A stretch of 64,000 nucleotides of DNA from a bacterium (GTDB lineage: Bacteria; Patescibacteriota; Minisyncoccia; Phycocordibacterales; Phycocordibacteraceae), in assembly GCA_037200965.1 (NCBI GenBank), contig JBBCGK010000001.1, forward strand, positions 736,001 to 800,000, given 5' to 3'. The notes under the pieces were generated by a model. The model made no database searches. It saw only the letters and a list, made by a program, of their open reading frames with translations, and was not told the DNA's origin. This document shows, piece after piece, positions 40,292 through 50,349 of the stretch. Every line of letters begins with the position of its first letter. Position 1 is the stretch's first letter. The position numbers and the translations under genes were made by a program.

Positions 40292-43282
40292 ATGCGCACC
40301 ATCTTCACCTCTCCTTTGCTAGCGTTCGCGGGACGCTTCACCGCGGTTTTCTTTTTCGTATTTGCAGCAAACGGTATCGTCGGTTTTCCCGCCGCGCATG
40401 CGGCATGGGACGGTAATCCGTACGAGCCCGAGGAAACACTCGATCCGGAATGCTCGCCGAATCAGGGGCAGTGCCGTATCACGCAGCCCGTCAGCGCCGG
40501 AGAGAGCGTACCGGCAGGCTCGCTTCTCTATACCGACGGTACGGATTCATGGACGACGCTTCCCATCGGCAGCGACGGCAAGGTGCTCAAGATAAGCGGC
40601 GGTTCGGTCGTCTGGGGAGACGATAACGGCGGCATCTCGTACAGCGCATCCGAACAGGGGCTGCACCTTGATGCGGGCACGCACGTGCTCTCTATCACGC
40701 TTGACGGCTCGACGCTCTCCGCGTCCGGAAGCGGACTCCGGCTTGCGGCCGCCTATCCCGGTCAGGCATCCATTACGACGCTCGGTACCATTACGACCGG
40801 CACGTGGCATGGTTCCGCAGTAGCTCCGGCCTATGGCGGTACGGGCGCGTCGTCAGCTCCCGCAAACGGCCAGCTTCTCATCGGCAACGGATCGACGTAT
40901 ACGGTCGCGAACGCGAGCGGCTCGGGCGGCATACAAATCACGAACGGTTCGGGATCGCTTGGCATCGGCCTTTCCATAAGCGGATTGTCGGCAGTCTCAA
41001 GCGCCGCGAACGGCGATTATCTCGCGCTCTACGATGACAGCGCGGGGGCGAACAGGAAGATCAGCATCAGCGACCTGTTCGCGAACGTTATCGGCTCTCT
41101 TAATTTCCAAGGCACGTGGGATGCGGATGCGAACAGCCCGTCCCTTTCCGACGGCATGTGCACGGCAAGCGAAAACGGATACTTCTATATCGTCGGCACG
41201 TCCGGAGCGACGACTCTGGGCGGCGTGTCCTCATGGGACGTGGGCGACTGGCTTATCTGCGACGGCACGGGCTGGGGCAAGGTCGCGGATACGAGCGCCA
41301 TCGCGAGTGTGTTCGGGCGCACCGGCGCGGTCACTGCTCAGAGCGGGGACTATACCGGCGACCAGATCATCAATGTCGCGGCGGGCACGATCGCCTCGAC
41401 GAACGTGCAGGGCGCCATTAACGAGCTCGCAAGCGAGAAAGAAGCGGCGATAGCGTCGGGCCTTACGACCCAGTACTGGCGCGGCGACAAGACGTGGCAG
41501 ACCTTGAATACGCTCGCGGTGGCCGAGAATCCCGCCCACCTCTATTACACCGACGCCCGCGCGAGAAACGCGTTTTCTTCGGGCAGTGCATCGCTTTCGT
41601 ACGATTCCTCGACCGGCGTCATCGCCGTTACGGGCGGATACAGCATTCCGGAATCGGGGACCATCGAAGGGGATACGCTCGTCTGGGACGGATCGAACTG
41701 GGTTCCGACCGAGGGCGCGATGTCGTTCTCTTTGTCCACCGGCCTTCTCTCGATCGATGGCACCGCCTCGTCTACCGACCTTTATATCGCGGATGATGCC
41801 ATCATAGCCTCCGCCGATATCGGATCGCTTTCCGCCGATTCGCTCTCGCTTTCCGCCGCCCTTGGCGCAGGGTCAGGCGGTACCGGCATCACGAGTCCTG
41901 TCTCGGCCGGAATTCTTATCGGTACGCAGGGAGGCGGAGCGTGGCAGCAGGTCGCGACCTCGACGCTCCGCATCGCGCTTGCCGATACGACCGGAACCCT
42001 TTCGGTCGTCAAGGGCGGTCTTGGTCTCACTGCCGCGCCTTCGTTCGGGAATCTCCTCATGGGTAACGGTTCGGGCGGCTATACTTCGGTCGCGACTTCT
42101 TCGCTCGGCCTTACGTTCTCTTCGATCGCGGGGACGCTCGGGGTTTCCGCGGGAGGAACCGGCGTAGTTTCCGCGCCTTCATTCGGGGAGCTCCTGCTTG
42201 GAAACGGCTCAGGAGGATATGCGCTCGCCGCCACCTCGACTCTCGGTCTCAATCTCTCCTCGCTTACCGGAACCCTTGGCGTCGCCGCAGGCGGTACCGG
42301 AGCGGCGAGTCTTGGCCAAGGATGGCTCTATTCGACCGGCGGCGGCATCGCGCTCTCCGCGTCCACGTCGCCGACCGTGAACTACCTTCTCGCCACCTCG
42401 ACGACGCAAGCATCCGCGATTGCCTACCGTCTCGGCGTCGGGAGTACGACGCCGCTTGCGACCCTTGCGGTTAAGGGTGCGGGAACCGGCGCGGGCGTCA
42501 CGCTTCAGACGACCGACAGCGCCGACATCGCGGGCCTTACGGTTCTCGACAAGGGATTCGTCGGCATAGGCACGACATCTCCGGTGGCTGCGCTTGCGGT
42601 GAGCGCGGCGGCCGGCGTCGCGCCGTTCGCGGTGGGTTCGTCGACGGGGGGAATCAAGCTCACCGTCGCCGCGAACGGCTTCGTCGGCGTCGGCACCTCA
42701 AGCCCTACGTATCCGCTCGACGTGCGGGGAGATGTCGGCGGAACGGTCGCGCGTTTCCAGACTACGACAAATTCGCTCTTCTGCCTCCTCTCCTCGATTA
42801 CCGGGCTTTTGAGTTGCGCATCGGACGAGCGGCTCAAGAAGGACATTACGCCGCTTGACGCGTCGACGCTCGACCAGGTCCTCGCGCTCAAGCCGGTTTC
42901 GTACCACTGGAAGACCGATGATTCTTCCGCCGGACTCAAGTATGGATTCATCGCGCAGGATGTCGAGAAGATATTTCCCGAACTCGTTTCCGCCGATCCC
43001 ACCACCGGCTACAAGTCCCTTTCCACCGGCGGCATGATGCCATACGTCGTGAAAGCTCTTCAAGAGCAGCAAGTCGAAATCGAGGATCTCAAGGCGCAGA
43101 TAGCGGTGCTTGCCGCTCATCTTCCGCATGTGTCCGGAGATGACGAAACTCCCGCACCGGTTCCTCCTTCCGGGCCCGAAGAGGAGGAAGGAAGCGTGAC
43201 CCCTCCTGTTCCTGAGGAGGAAGTTCCGGCTCCCGTACCGCCGACCGTGAATACTGACGATGCTCCGGTCGCAACTCCGTAG
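40292..43282 (+). CDS. giant (~1000 aa) secreted surface protein, paralogous architecture to 28026-35105 (shared N-terminal module, C-terminal S74-like chaperone domain, Pro-rich tail)
   Basis: Signal peptide MRTIFTSPLLAFA…AAHA|AWDGNPYEPEETLDPECSPNQGQC. C-terminal CASDERLKKDITPL…LKPVSYHWK…GFIAQD, a coiled coil, then PAPVPP repeats. An alternative ATGA-coupled start lies at 40184. Confidence 0.8.
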   Translation: MRTIFTSPLLAFAGRFTAVFFFVFAANGIVGFPAAHAAWDGNPYEPEETLDPECSPNQGQCRITQPVSAGESVPAGSLLYTDGTDSWTTLPIGSDGKVLKISGGSVVWGDDNGGISYSASEQGLHLDAGTHVLSITLDGSTLSASGSGLRLAAAYPGQASITTLGTITTGTWHGSAVAPAYGGTGASSAPANGQLLIGNGSTYTVANASGSGGIQITNGSGSLGIGLSISGLSAVSSAANGDYLALYDDSAGANRKISISDLFANVIGSLNFQGTWDADANSPSLSDGMCTASENGYFYIVGTSGATTLGGVSSWDVGDWLICDGTGWGKVADTSAIASVFGRTGAVTAQSGDYTGDQIINVAAGTIASTNVQGAINELASEKEAAIASGLTTQYWRGDKTWQTLNTLAVAENPAHLYYTDARARNAFSSGSASLSYDSSTGVIAVTGGYSIPESGTIEGDTLVWDGSNWVPTEGAMSFSLSTGLLSIDGTASSTDLYIADDAIIASADIGSLSADSLSLSAALGAGSGGTGITSPVSAGILIGTQGGGAWQQVATSTLRIALADTTGTLSVVKGGLGLTAAPSFGNLLMGNGSGGYTSVATSSLGLTFSSIAGTLGVSAGGTGVVSAPSFGELLLGNGSGGYALAATSTLGLNLSSLTGTLGVAAGGTGAASLGQGWLYSTGGGIALSASTSPTVNYLLATSTTQASAIAYRLGVGSTTPLATLAVKGAGTGAGVTLQTTDSADIAGLTVLDKGFVGIGTTSPVAALAVSAAAGVAPFAVGSSTGGIKLTVAANGFVGVGTSSPTYPLDVRGDVGGTVARFQTTTNSLFCLLSSITGLLSCASDERLKKDITPLDASTLDQVLALKPVSYHWKTDDSSAGLKYGFIAQDVEKIFPELVSADPTTGYKSLSTGGMMPYVVKALQEQQVEIEDLKAQIAVLAAHLPHVSGDDETPAPVPPSGPEEEEGSVTPPVPEEEVPAPVPPTVNTDDAPVATP

Positions 43283-43288
43283 CAGGTC

Positions 43289-44122
43289 TTGGTTTGGGAG
43301 CAGCGCGCCACGCTATTCATGAGATTGTCGTTCCCCATTCGTTTTTTGTTTGTTCTGCTCGCAGCGGCAGTCCTGTCGGGGCTGTCGGTTCCTATGGAGC
43401 GGGCTTTTGGCGCGAACCAGGAAGACGGTATCCGGGCGACAGCCGCGAGCCTCGTATCCCGCGTGGCGCCCGGCGGGACGCTCTCGTTCTCGCTCACGCT
43501 TCTTAACTTCGGCACGGCGCGCCGGGCCGATGTCGTCATCACATACCGGATACTCGATGCGGCGGGCGCCGAAGCCTATTCGCAGCAGGAGACCGTCGCG
43601 GTCGACACGACCGCGAGCGTTGTGCGGCACGTGGAAGTGCCGGGGACCCTCGCGCCCGGACGCTATACGCTCGAAAGCGAAGCGCGCTATCCCTTTCAGG
43701 AAGCGCCCGCCGTCTCCCGCTTCTCGTTCACCGTCGAGCGCGCGTATCTGGGCGTCTATATCACGGACTGGCTCCGATACGGCGGCCTCGCCCTTCTTCT
43801 GGCGCTCGCGTCGTTTATCGGCGGCCGGCTCCTCATCCGGGCCAGGGCCCGCCGCGCCGTGCTCCATGACTACGCGGACAAGCCCAAAGACGAACGCATC
43901 TATTACGAAATCATAAGCGACACCGTAAGCCAGATGCGCCAGCGGGCGGGCGACCGGGCGCTTGAGATCGCGGCGAAAACGAAGGGTCTTTCCATCGATT
44001 CCGATACCGGCAAAGTTCTCAAAATCACGGAGAACCCCGCGCAAGTCGTCGCGGCGCTCGTGTCCGGGTACGAAGCGGCGCTCGGGAAGAAGGTGAGCTT
44101 CGCGCTCAGAAAGAACGGCTGA
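43289..44122 (+). CDS. hypothetical secreted/membrane protein
   Basis: Signal-like N-terminus (MRLSFPIRFLFVLLAAAVL, internal start possible at 43319) and a TM segment. Confidence 0.45.
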   Translation: MVWEQRATLFMRLSFPIRFLFVLLAAAVLSGLSVPMERAFGANQEDGIRATAASLVSRVAPGGTLSFSLTLLNFGTARRADVVITYRILDAAGAEAYSQQETVAVDTTASVVRHVEVPGTLAPGRYTLESEARYPFQEAPAVSRFSFTVERAYLGVYITDWLRYGGLALLLALASFIGGRLLIRARARRAVLHDYADKPKDERIYYEIISDTVSQMRQRAGDRALEIAAKTKGLSIDSDTGKVLKITENPAQVVAALVSGYEAALGKKVSFALRKNG

Positions 44123-44140
44123 TCACGTAATCCATATTCT

Positions 44141-44524
44141 ATGAACCAAAAAACCATACTCATCGTCGAAGACGAAAAAGATATCAGGGAAGCGCTTCGG
44201 GACATGCTCGCCGACAAGGGATACCGCGTCCTTGAGGCCGGAAACGGGCGGGAAGGCGCGGCAAGCGCTCTTGCCGAGCACCCCGACCTCATCCTTCTCG
44301 ATCTCCTCATGCCCGAAGTGGATGGCATGACAGCGCTCGGACAGATCCGGGAGGATTCGTGGGGGAAGGGCGCATCCGTCATGATCCTCACGAACGTGAA
44401 CGCGAGCAGCGAACAGGTCGTCAAGGATATCGTGACGCACAAGCCGCTTGAATACCTCATCAAGTCGGACTGGAAGATCGCCGATGTCCTGAGGAAAGTC
44501 GAGCGGGTGCTCGCGGGGAAGTAG
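44141..44524 (+). CDS. single-domain response regulator (CheY-like receiver)
   Basis: ILIVEDE…ILLDLLMPEVDG… It is a paralogue of 8196-8579. Confidence 0.8.
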   Translation: MNQKTILIVEDEKDIREALRDMLADKGYRVLEAGNGREGAASALAEHPDLILLDLLMPEVDGMTALGQIREDSWGKGASVMILTNVNASSEQVVKDIVTHKPLEYLIKSDWKIADVLRKVERVLAGK

Positions 44525-44565
44525 CTTCCGCCATGGCGCCGTTTCTTGCTCGTTTCGGCCGCACC

Positions 44566-44606
44566 TATACGACAACGGACTCCGTGCGGAGTCCGTTGTC
44601 GTATAG
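44566..44606. terminator. 19-bp perfect inverted repeat hairpin between convergent genes
   Basis: UAUACGACAACGGACUCCG-ugc-CGGAGUCCGUUGUCGUAUA. Confidence 0.5.
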
Positions 44607-44631
44607 AGTCCTCTTAGAGAAAACGATCTGA

Positions 44632-45096
44632 CTATTGATAGTCCGACGCCGTGCGTTGAGGATTCGAGAGCGCCGCGACGCCAAGCGCTACGATCGCGAG
44701 GAGCACGATGAGGGAGAGCCAGAGGAGCGGGGAAGAGAAGTCCCAGAAAGATACCGGAACATTCGCCGCGTTCGTGGTTTCCGGTATCGTCGCGTCGTTC
44801 GTGTATTCGATGACGGCCGGGGCCGCTGCCGCAGGGGCGGTCGTGTCTATCGCTCCTGGAGCCGGATAATCCTCTGCCGCAGTGTCGGCCGCTACGACGT
44901 TTCCGGTCGCGCCGTAATCGGCCGTGAGAGCCCCTCCCGCGCCGGTCGCGAGCCCCTGCGTGTATGCGTATCCCGTCTCATATCCGGTCGTGTCCGCAGC
45001 CGCGGGGCTCGCGAAGAGCAGCCCGCTTACCGCGAGAAGGCCAAGCGCGCTTATCGCCGCGCCGCTTCCGACTGCTATGCGTTTGACTGCTTGCAT
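44632..45096 (-). CDS. secreted Ala/Thr-rich protein with C-terminal TM anchor
   Basis: Signal peptide MQAVKRIAVGSGAAISALGLLAVSGLLFASPAAA. The start is chosen at the internal Met. Confidence 0.45.
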   Translation of the reverse strand: MQAVKRIAVGSGAAISALGLLAVSGLLFASPAAADTTGYETGYAYTQGLATGAGGALTADYGATGNVVAADTAAEDYPAPGAIDTTAPAAAAPAVIEYTNDATIPETTNAANVPVSFWDFSSPLLWLSLIVLLAIVALGVAALSNPQRTASDYQ

Positions 45097-45221
45097 ATGG
45101 GTGTTAGGCGTTAGGCTTCTAAACCGCTGCCGTGTGGCCCTTATGTGGCCCTGGCTAATCGGTGCGCCTAGTATGCGAAACACGCCATGAACGGTGTGTG
45201 AAAGATGGTTTGTATACTAAT

Positions 45222-46388
45222 CTATACAAACTTCGGGCTGACTGCCCGCCTAAAAAATACAGTGAAAAGCCTGTTCGAGAGGATGCCAAGCGTATTGAAC
45301 ATGCGTTTGGCGAAGGGCCCGTATTCCTTCCTGACGGCATTTGCTCGCGGGAGCGAGTTTTTGATTACCACGTCCTGGAGCGCATAAAGCTGCTCCACTC
45401 TTTTATTGCGTGCCCGGGAAAACTCCTCAAGCAGAATTTCTATGCGCCCGCTCCACGAGTCGCCATCAAGCTGATTCAGGGATCTGGCCAAATAAAAAGC
45501 ATCTTCCGTAGCGAGCGTCGTGCCGACGCCAAGCACCGGCAATCTCCCGTGCGCGGCATCTCCGAGCAGGATCATCCTATTGGCATGAGAGTTCGGGACA
45601 TGCACGTCTTTTAATTCGAATACTCTCGTGGTTCCCCGGTATACCGGCCTGCACTGCGGCCCGTAGATGCGGACAAGCATCTTCTCCAAGCCTTCTCGCA
45701 TCACGTCTCTTTGGGCCGCATACTCCGGTTCTTTCGCGAAAAAGAAATGCGCGATCATGGCGCTCGTCGGCGAGGTCATTAGGACCCCCGTCATGTTATT
45801 GATGCCGAAGACGACGTTTTCTCCCTCGAGCATCGGGATTCGTTCGATTTCCGCATATTCGACCGCGTAATCCGAAGGTGAGATCCCGACGCCCTCGAAA
45901 CAGCCGCTCCGAGTTAGCGAGCTGATGCCTTCGGCCACAACGACCAGGTCGTACGCATCGTTTTGACCGGTGCTGAGTGTCACTATATGCTTTCCGTCCC
46001 TGACCACCGTGGAAGGGATAGCCGTGTCGAGAATCATGCGTCCTTCCATATTCCGCGCTTCGGCGAGGAGCATATCGTGAAACGCTTCCCGATCAACGAT
46101 GTATCCGAGATCCTTCAAGGAATACAAGCTTTCGGGGAAAGTCGACTCGTTGAGCATGAGGGTTCTCTTGAGCTTGATGAAGCGATTCTCATATGCGCCG
46201 CGCCGCATCAGCGTTCTCTTTAGGAGATCATAGCCACAGCTCCAAATCGTGATCGCATATCCAACCGAGCGGAATTGCTCGCCTTTTTCGATCAGTGTCA
46301 TCTCGTATTTACTCCGGTCCAGGTAGATGTAGGTAAGTAATCCGGCTATCCCGGCTCCCGAGATCAGAACTTTCTTCTTAGAAGTCAT
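45222..46388 (-). CDS. FAD-dependent monooxygenase (UbiH/aromatic-ring hydroxylase-like)
   Basis: N-terminal dinucleotide-binding motif VLISGAGIAGL plus …DAAH…G.G FAD-binding fingerprints. Lower-GC block. Confidence 0.7.
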   Translation of the reverse strand: MTSKKKVLISGAGIAGLLTYIYLDRSKYEMTLIEKGEQFRSVGYAITIWSCGYDLLKRTLMRRGAYENRFIKLKRTLMLNESTFPESLYSLKDLGYIVDREAFHDMLLAEARNMEGRMILDTAIPSTVVRDGKHIVTLSTGQNDAYDLVVVAEGISSLTRSGCFEGVGISPSDYAVEYAEIERIPMLEGENVVFGINNMTGVLMTSPTSAMIAHFFFAKEPEYAAQRDVMREGLEKMLVRIYGPQCRPVYRGTTRVFELKDVHVPNSHANRMILLGDAAHGRLPVLGVGTTLATEDAFYLARSLNQLDGDSWSGRIEILLEEFSRARNKRVEQLYALQDVVIKNSLPRANAVRKEYGPFAKRMFNTLGILSNRLFTVFFRRAVSPKFV

Positions 46389-46461
46389 GCGAACGAAGGA
46401 TAGCACGATCACTCAACTCCAAAGCGGACCCTTGAAAACTTCGCGTATGGATGAGTGTTCA

Positions 46462-47514
46462 CTACTTAAGCGAGCCGTATACACTCGGAATTTCAAGGCC
46501 AAGCGTCCAGAGCGAAACGCCGCGGAGCCCGTGGCTCTTCGCGAGCGCGACCTTCACTGCGACGCTCCGCGCGTTTTCATACCAAATCGTGTACCCGGTG
46601 GGGCCGTTGAAATAATGAAGGTACGGAGCCTGTGCCGTTTCGTCATAGATCATGAACGCGTCGTTCGGGTGATTCTTAAATACGTTCTGTATGCCCTCGT
46701 TCCCCCCGATGCCGACCAGCTTTCCGGTCATGTCGTTCCATTGCCAGTAGTAGAGAGGGATGCCAAGCGAGAGTTTTTCGGGTGGGATATGCGCGAGCGC
46801 GTAGTCAAGGACGCGCGTAAGCCAGGGATAGGGAGCGATAGCGCCTTTCGAGTCCGGCGCGTCATAGGACATGAGGCTTATGAAATCCGCGGAGCGCGCA
46901 AGGGCGTCGTAGTCATAAACGCCGATGAGCTTGTTCCAGAGGTCGTTCTTATAGTCGCTTGGCGTATCGGACACTTTTGAAATGACGGCGACCGAAAGCA
47001 TAAGGCCGTGCGCATGGAGCGCTTTCGCCGTTTTGGCGACGAAGGCGGAAAATCCATCCTTGTCGGCAAGTTCCATCTGCTCGAAATCTATCTGCCAGCC
47101 GATATAGCCCCGATCTTTCGCTTCGGTTATGAGCGCGCTTATGGCGGTGTCCTGCTTTTTTATATCGGTGAGGAGCGCTTTGTACGCGGCGGGGCTGAAG
47201 CTTCCGTTCGTTACGAGCGGCATCACTTGGATATTATTCTTCTTCGCGAAATCGAGTATGTCCTGATCGAGGGTTCCCGAAAGCGTGCCGTCTTCGTTTA
47301 TCGCGTACACTTGCGGCGCGAAAATGTCGATCGAGTCCGCGTGCGCGAAGAAAGACTGTTTCGCGAGCTCGCCGTCGCGATAATAGAAGAGGCGTTCGTA
47401 GTGGGGTGCGGCCGGGGTTGCTGCTAGGGCAGGTAAAGGAAGGTATACCGCTCCAAAAAACGATACAAGCACAAGGAGAACGGCCGTACGCTGCATGAGA
47501 GAGAGGGTAATCAT
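46462..47514 (-). CDS. secreted glycoside hydrolase family 18-like protein
   Basis: Signal peptide and a catalytic-region motif GYIGWQIDFEQME (DxxDxDxE variant). Confidence 0.6.
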   Translation of the reverse strand: MITLSLMQRTAVLLVLVSFFGAVYLPLPALAATPAAPHYERLFYYRDGELAKQSFFAHADSIDIFAPQVYAINEDGTLSGTLDQDILDFAKKNNIQVMPLVTNGSFSPAAYKALLTDIKKQDTAISALITEAKDRGYIGWQIDFEQMELADKDGFSAFVAKTAKALHAHGLMLSVAVISKVSDTPSDYKNDLWNKLIGVYDYDALARSADFISLMSYDAPDSKGAIAPYPWLTRVLDYALAHIPPEKLSLGIPLYYWQWNDMTGKLVGIGGNEGIQNVFKNHPNDAFMIYDETAQAPYLHYFNGPTGYTIWYENARSVAVKVALAKSHGLRGVSLWTLGLEIPSVYGSLK

Positions 47515-47609
47515 ATTTGTAGTATACGCCCTGCATATCTGTTTGTATTGCTTTCGAAATGAATTCCGGATGAGGACGTAGTATTAGTCATACGATTCAC
47601 CCGTTCTTC

Positions 47610-48374
47610 ATGAAGAATTTTGCTCGCTCTCGGAAAAGATTTCATACCATGGCCGCATGTTCGGTCCTCGCCTTCGGGGCTTTTCTTTTTATCCAAAGCT
47701 TCGTTCCTGCGGCATTTGCCGCTCCGCTGGCTGCCCTTAACAGCGCCGCCGGTCCCGGTGTTTCTCATAACTGGGCCGGATACGCGGCGACCGACGGAAC
47801 CTATACTGCCGTGCGTGGGAGCTGGATCGTCCCCGAATCTCGGGCTACGGAGGCCGTTTCCGGCGATTCAACCTGGGTTGGTATCGGCGGGGCCGAATCG
47901 ACGGATCTCATACAAGCCGGGACAGAGGCCATCACCGACTCCAAAGGGAGGATGCGGTATTTCGCGTGGTACGAGCTTTTGCCGGAGACCGCAAAGCGCA
48001 TTTCCTCGCTTTCCGTGCGTCCGGGCGACGAGATCAGCGTATCGGTCGGGAAGCAGTCCGGAAACGACTGGCTCATCCGCATCGAAAACCGTACGACGGG
48101 CGATACGTTCGAGAAAAACGTCTCCTATGAATCCTCGCTATCTTCGGTGGAGTGGATACAGGAACGCCCGACGGGAAAAGATAGGCTTGTGGCACTCAAT
48201 GATTTCGGCGATGTGACTTTCAGCGCCGCAGGAGCCGTAGCGGACGGGGAAGAGGCGACAATAGAGGAAGCGGGCGCCAAACCCCTGTCGCTTATCGGAG
48301 AGCGTAAAGAGTCCCTGGCCATGCCTTCCGCTCTCAGCGCTTCAAAATCGGGGTTTACCGTTTCCCGCCGATAA
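47610..48374 (+). CDS. secreted peptidase G1 (eqolisin / scytalidoglutamic peptidase)-like protein
   Basis: Signal peptide, then …SHNWAGYAA…GSWIVPE… typical of G1/A4-family peptidases. Confidence 0.55.
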   Translation: MKNFARSRKRFHTMAACSVLAFGAFLFIQSFVPAAFAAPLAALNSAAGPGVSHNWAGYAATDGTYTAVRGSWIVPESRATEAVSGDSTWVGIGGAESTDLIQAGTEAITDSKGRMRYFAWYELLPETAKRISSLSVRPGDEISVSVGKQSGNDWLIRIENRTTGDTFEKNVSYESSLSSVEWIQERPTGKDRLVALNDFGDVTFSAAGAVADGEEATIEEAGAKPLSLIGERKESLAMPSALSASKSGFTVSRR

Positions 48375-48511
48375 TAAGCGAGGACTAAAGGAACTGCTTG
48401 CGTTACAGACATATATATGTTATAGTCAGGCCTGGTAGGCACGCGGAGGAATTCGTTTGCCGTGAACCGTATAAATAGGCCCCTCGCGGCCTTACGAAAG
48501 GAAAGCGCCTC

Positions 48512-49063
48512 ATGACGCACTGGTATAGCCGGTTCTCCGGCTGGCTGGTCCGCCATCGGGTGCGGATCAAGACAATAGGTACGGGGTTGTTTCTCTATGA
48601 ATCCTACAACGTCCTATACGACTATGGGTTCTATGCGTTCGCGATCCTTCAGTGGGGGCTCGTGATCGGCAGCATCATCGCCACGCTCGGGTCGCTCATT
48701 CAGAACGGACTTATGTTCTGGCTCTATGACCGGCAGGGGATCGACTGGCTCGGGGCTCATATACTCCGCGAACTCGAAGCAAAGGAGAATAAAAATCGCT
48801 TTGAGCGCCTTGCCGTCTGGCTCGGCAAAGCGGAAAAGACGCGAGCGGAGGTGGTTCTCGCTGCTGTCGCGTTCGTCGGCCTCCTCTGGCGCGTCGATCC
48901 ACTTATCGTTGCGGTTCATTTCCGCCGGGAGCATTTCCGAGGGCTCACGGCCAAAGACTGGGGCATTCTTCTGGCAGCAGTCGCCGTGGGGAATGCCTGG
49001 TCAATTCTTGAAATGGGAATCATCGTCGAGACCTTTCGTTTCGGCTGGGAGGCGGTCTTCTGA
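48512..49063 (+). CDS. hypothetical multi-TM membrane protein
   Basis: Four predicted TM helices and coding-like composition. Confidence 0.45.
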   Translation: MTHWYSRFSGWLVRHRVRIKTIGTGLFLYESYNVLYDYGFYAFAILQWGLVIGSIIATLGSLIQNGLMFWLYDRQGIDWLGAHILRELEAKENKNRFERLAVWLGKAEKTRAEVVLAAVAFVGLLWRVDPLIVAVHFRREHFRGLTAKDWGILLAAVAVGNAWSILEMGIIVETFRFGWEAVF

Positions 49064-49131
49064 TCGGCGGCAACGCATACGTTGCCGCCGAATTTTTATC
49101 TTTACTCAAATAAATATGGTATAACTTTTAT

Positions 49132-49500
49132 ATGGAGAATCCCCCGAAGCAGCCTGTTCCTTGGCTTGCGTGGCTGCTTCTTCTTTCAGTGCTCGTGGGC
49201 TTCGGCGTCAGCATCTATAGATACGACATCGCGAAGAATTATTCTCTTTTTGTGGAAGCCCCTTGCGATCCTCTCACTAACGAATGCTATGTCCGGGATT
49301 GTGATAACGACGGTTGTCCGCCAAACGATCTCGCGGTATATCGAACATTTACTTTGCCAGCTCAGGAATTCGCGCATTGCACCGATAATTCGTGTCTCAG
49401 TATTTGTCCGTCGGAAGCGCACTCTTGCACGGAAATTATGTGTTCTGATCAAGACGACGTTTCATGCGAAGGCCCTGGCGCGGTATCTGGTGCCGAATAA
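49132..49500 (+). CDS. small Cys-rich membrane-anchored secreted protein (12 Cys)
   Basis: N-terminal TM/signal anchor, then CDPLTNECYVRDCDNDGCP…CTDNSCLSICPSEAHSCTEIMCSDQDDVSCEG. Confidence 0.5.
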   Translation: MENPPKQPVPWLAWLLLLSVLVGFGVSIYRYDIAKNYSLFVEAPCDPLTNECYVRDCDNDGCPPNDLAVYRTFTLPAQEFAHCTDNSCLSICPSEAHSCTEIMCSDQDDVSCEGPGAVSGAE

Positions 49501-49505
49501 TTGAA

Positions 49506-50336
49506 ATGAAAACGAACAAGCAAACGATCGACGACGTGAAGTATTCTATAAACGGGGTCATTCGCTTCGATGCGTTTGATTATTTCCATACCGAACCGCG
49601 CATGGCCTTATGGGAGCTCGCTCAGCGTAGGAAAGAATCAGGACTTAAAGAAAAAGTGCGGCAAACACTTGGCTCTACTGCCGAGACCATATTGAAGAAG
49701 TTTATTCAGCCCCGGGCGGTACTCTTCCGCCAGGTAGCAACGCCGACGCATGAGATCATCCGTTTTTTGCGGCTAGCGAAGCATATGAAGCTCAAGCCGC
49801 TCATACTTGAGTACCATGGCGATAAGTTTGTGAGCTCAGACAACCGCTATAAGCGTTCCTTGGGCAAAATGCCCATCTATGAACATACCGGTTCCGACGG
49901 CCGCGACATGGTTCGATACGAAACAGTATGCGACTTCAATACGTCGACCGGCAAGCCGTTTACCGACATACAGTGCCTTCATGGGGAATCCCTTATCGCA
50001 TTCCATCACCGCCTCTTTCGCGCCATAACGGGTCTTAATCCAAAAACGCATTGTGTCGATGCGACGCATTGGTTCGATGCGAACGGAAGGAAGGCGGTCG
50101 ATTACTACGAACATCTCCTTACCTTATTCGTGCGCGACGGCATTTTGTTCGAAAACTACTTCACTACCAAGAGCGAAGGGCCGTTCGTGACCGAATCGGT
50201 CCTCCCCGCGTTCAAGCGTATTCAGCAAACATACGGATATTCGCCGCTCATTGTCCGGCTGTTGCCAAGCAACGAGGAACTTAGGCTCTTTTGGGATGCG
50301 TATCCGAAGAAGGTACGGCGCGCCCTCGCGCGATAG
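49506..50336 (+). CDS. hypothetical protein
   Basis: 277 aa from MKTNKQT; a longer ORF starts at 49464. No family recognised. Confidence 0.4.
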   Translation: MKTNKQTIDDVKYSINGVIRFDAFDYFHTEPRMALWELAQRRKESGLKEKVRQTLGSTAETILKKFIQPRAVLFRQVATPTHEIIRFLRLAKHMKLKPLILEYHGDKFVSSDNRYKRSLGKMPIYEHTGSDGRDMVRYETVCDFNTSTGKPFTDIQCLHGESLIAFHHRLFRAITGLNPKTHCVDATHWFDANGRKAVDYYEHLLTLFVRDGILFENYFTTKSEGPFVTESVLPAFKRIQQTYGYSPLIVRLLPSNEELRLFWDAYPKKVRRALAR

Positions 50337-50349
50337 TATACTTATCCGC

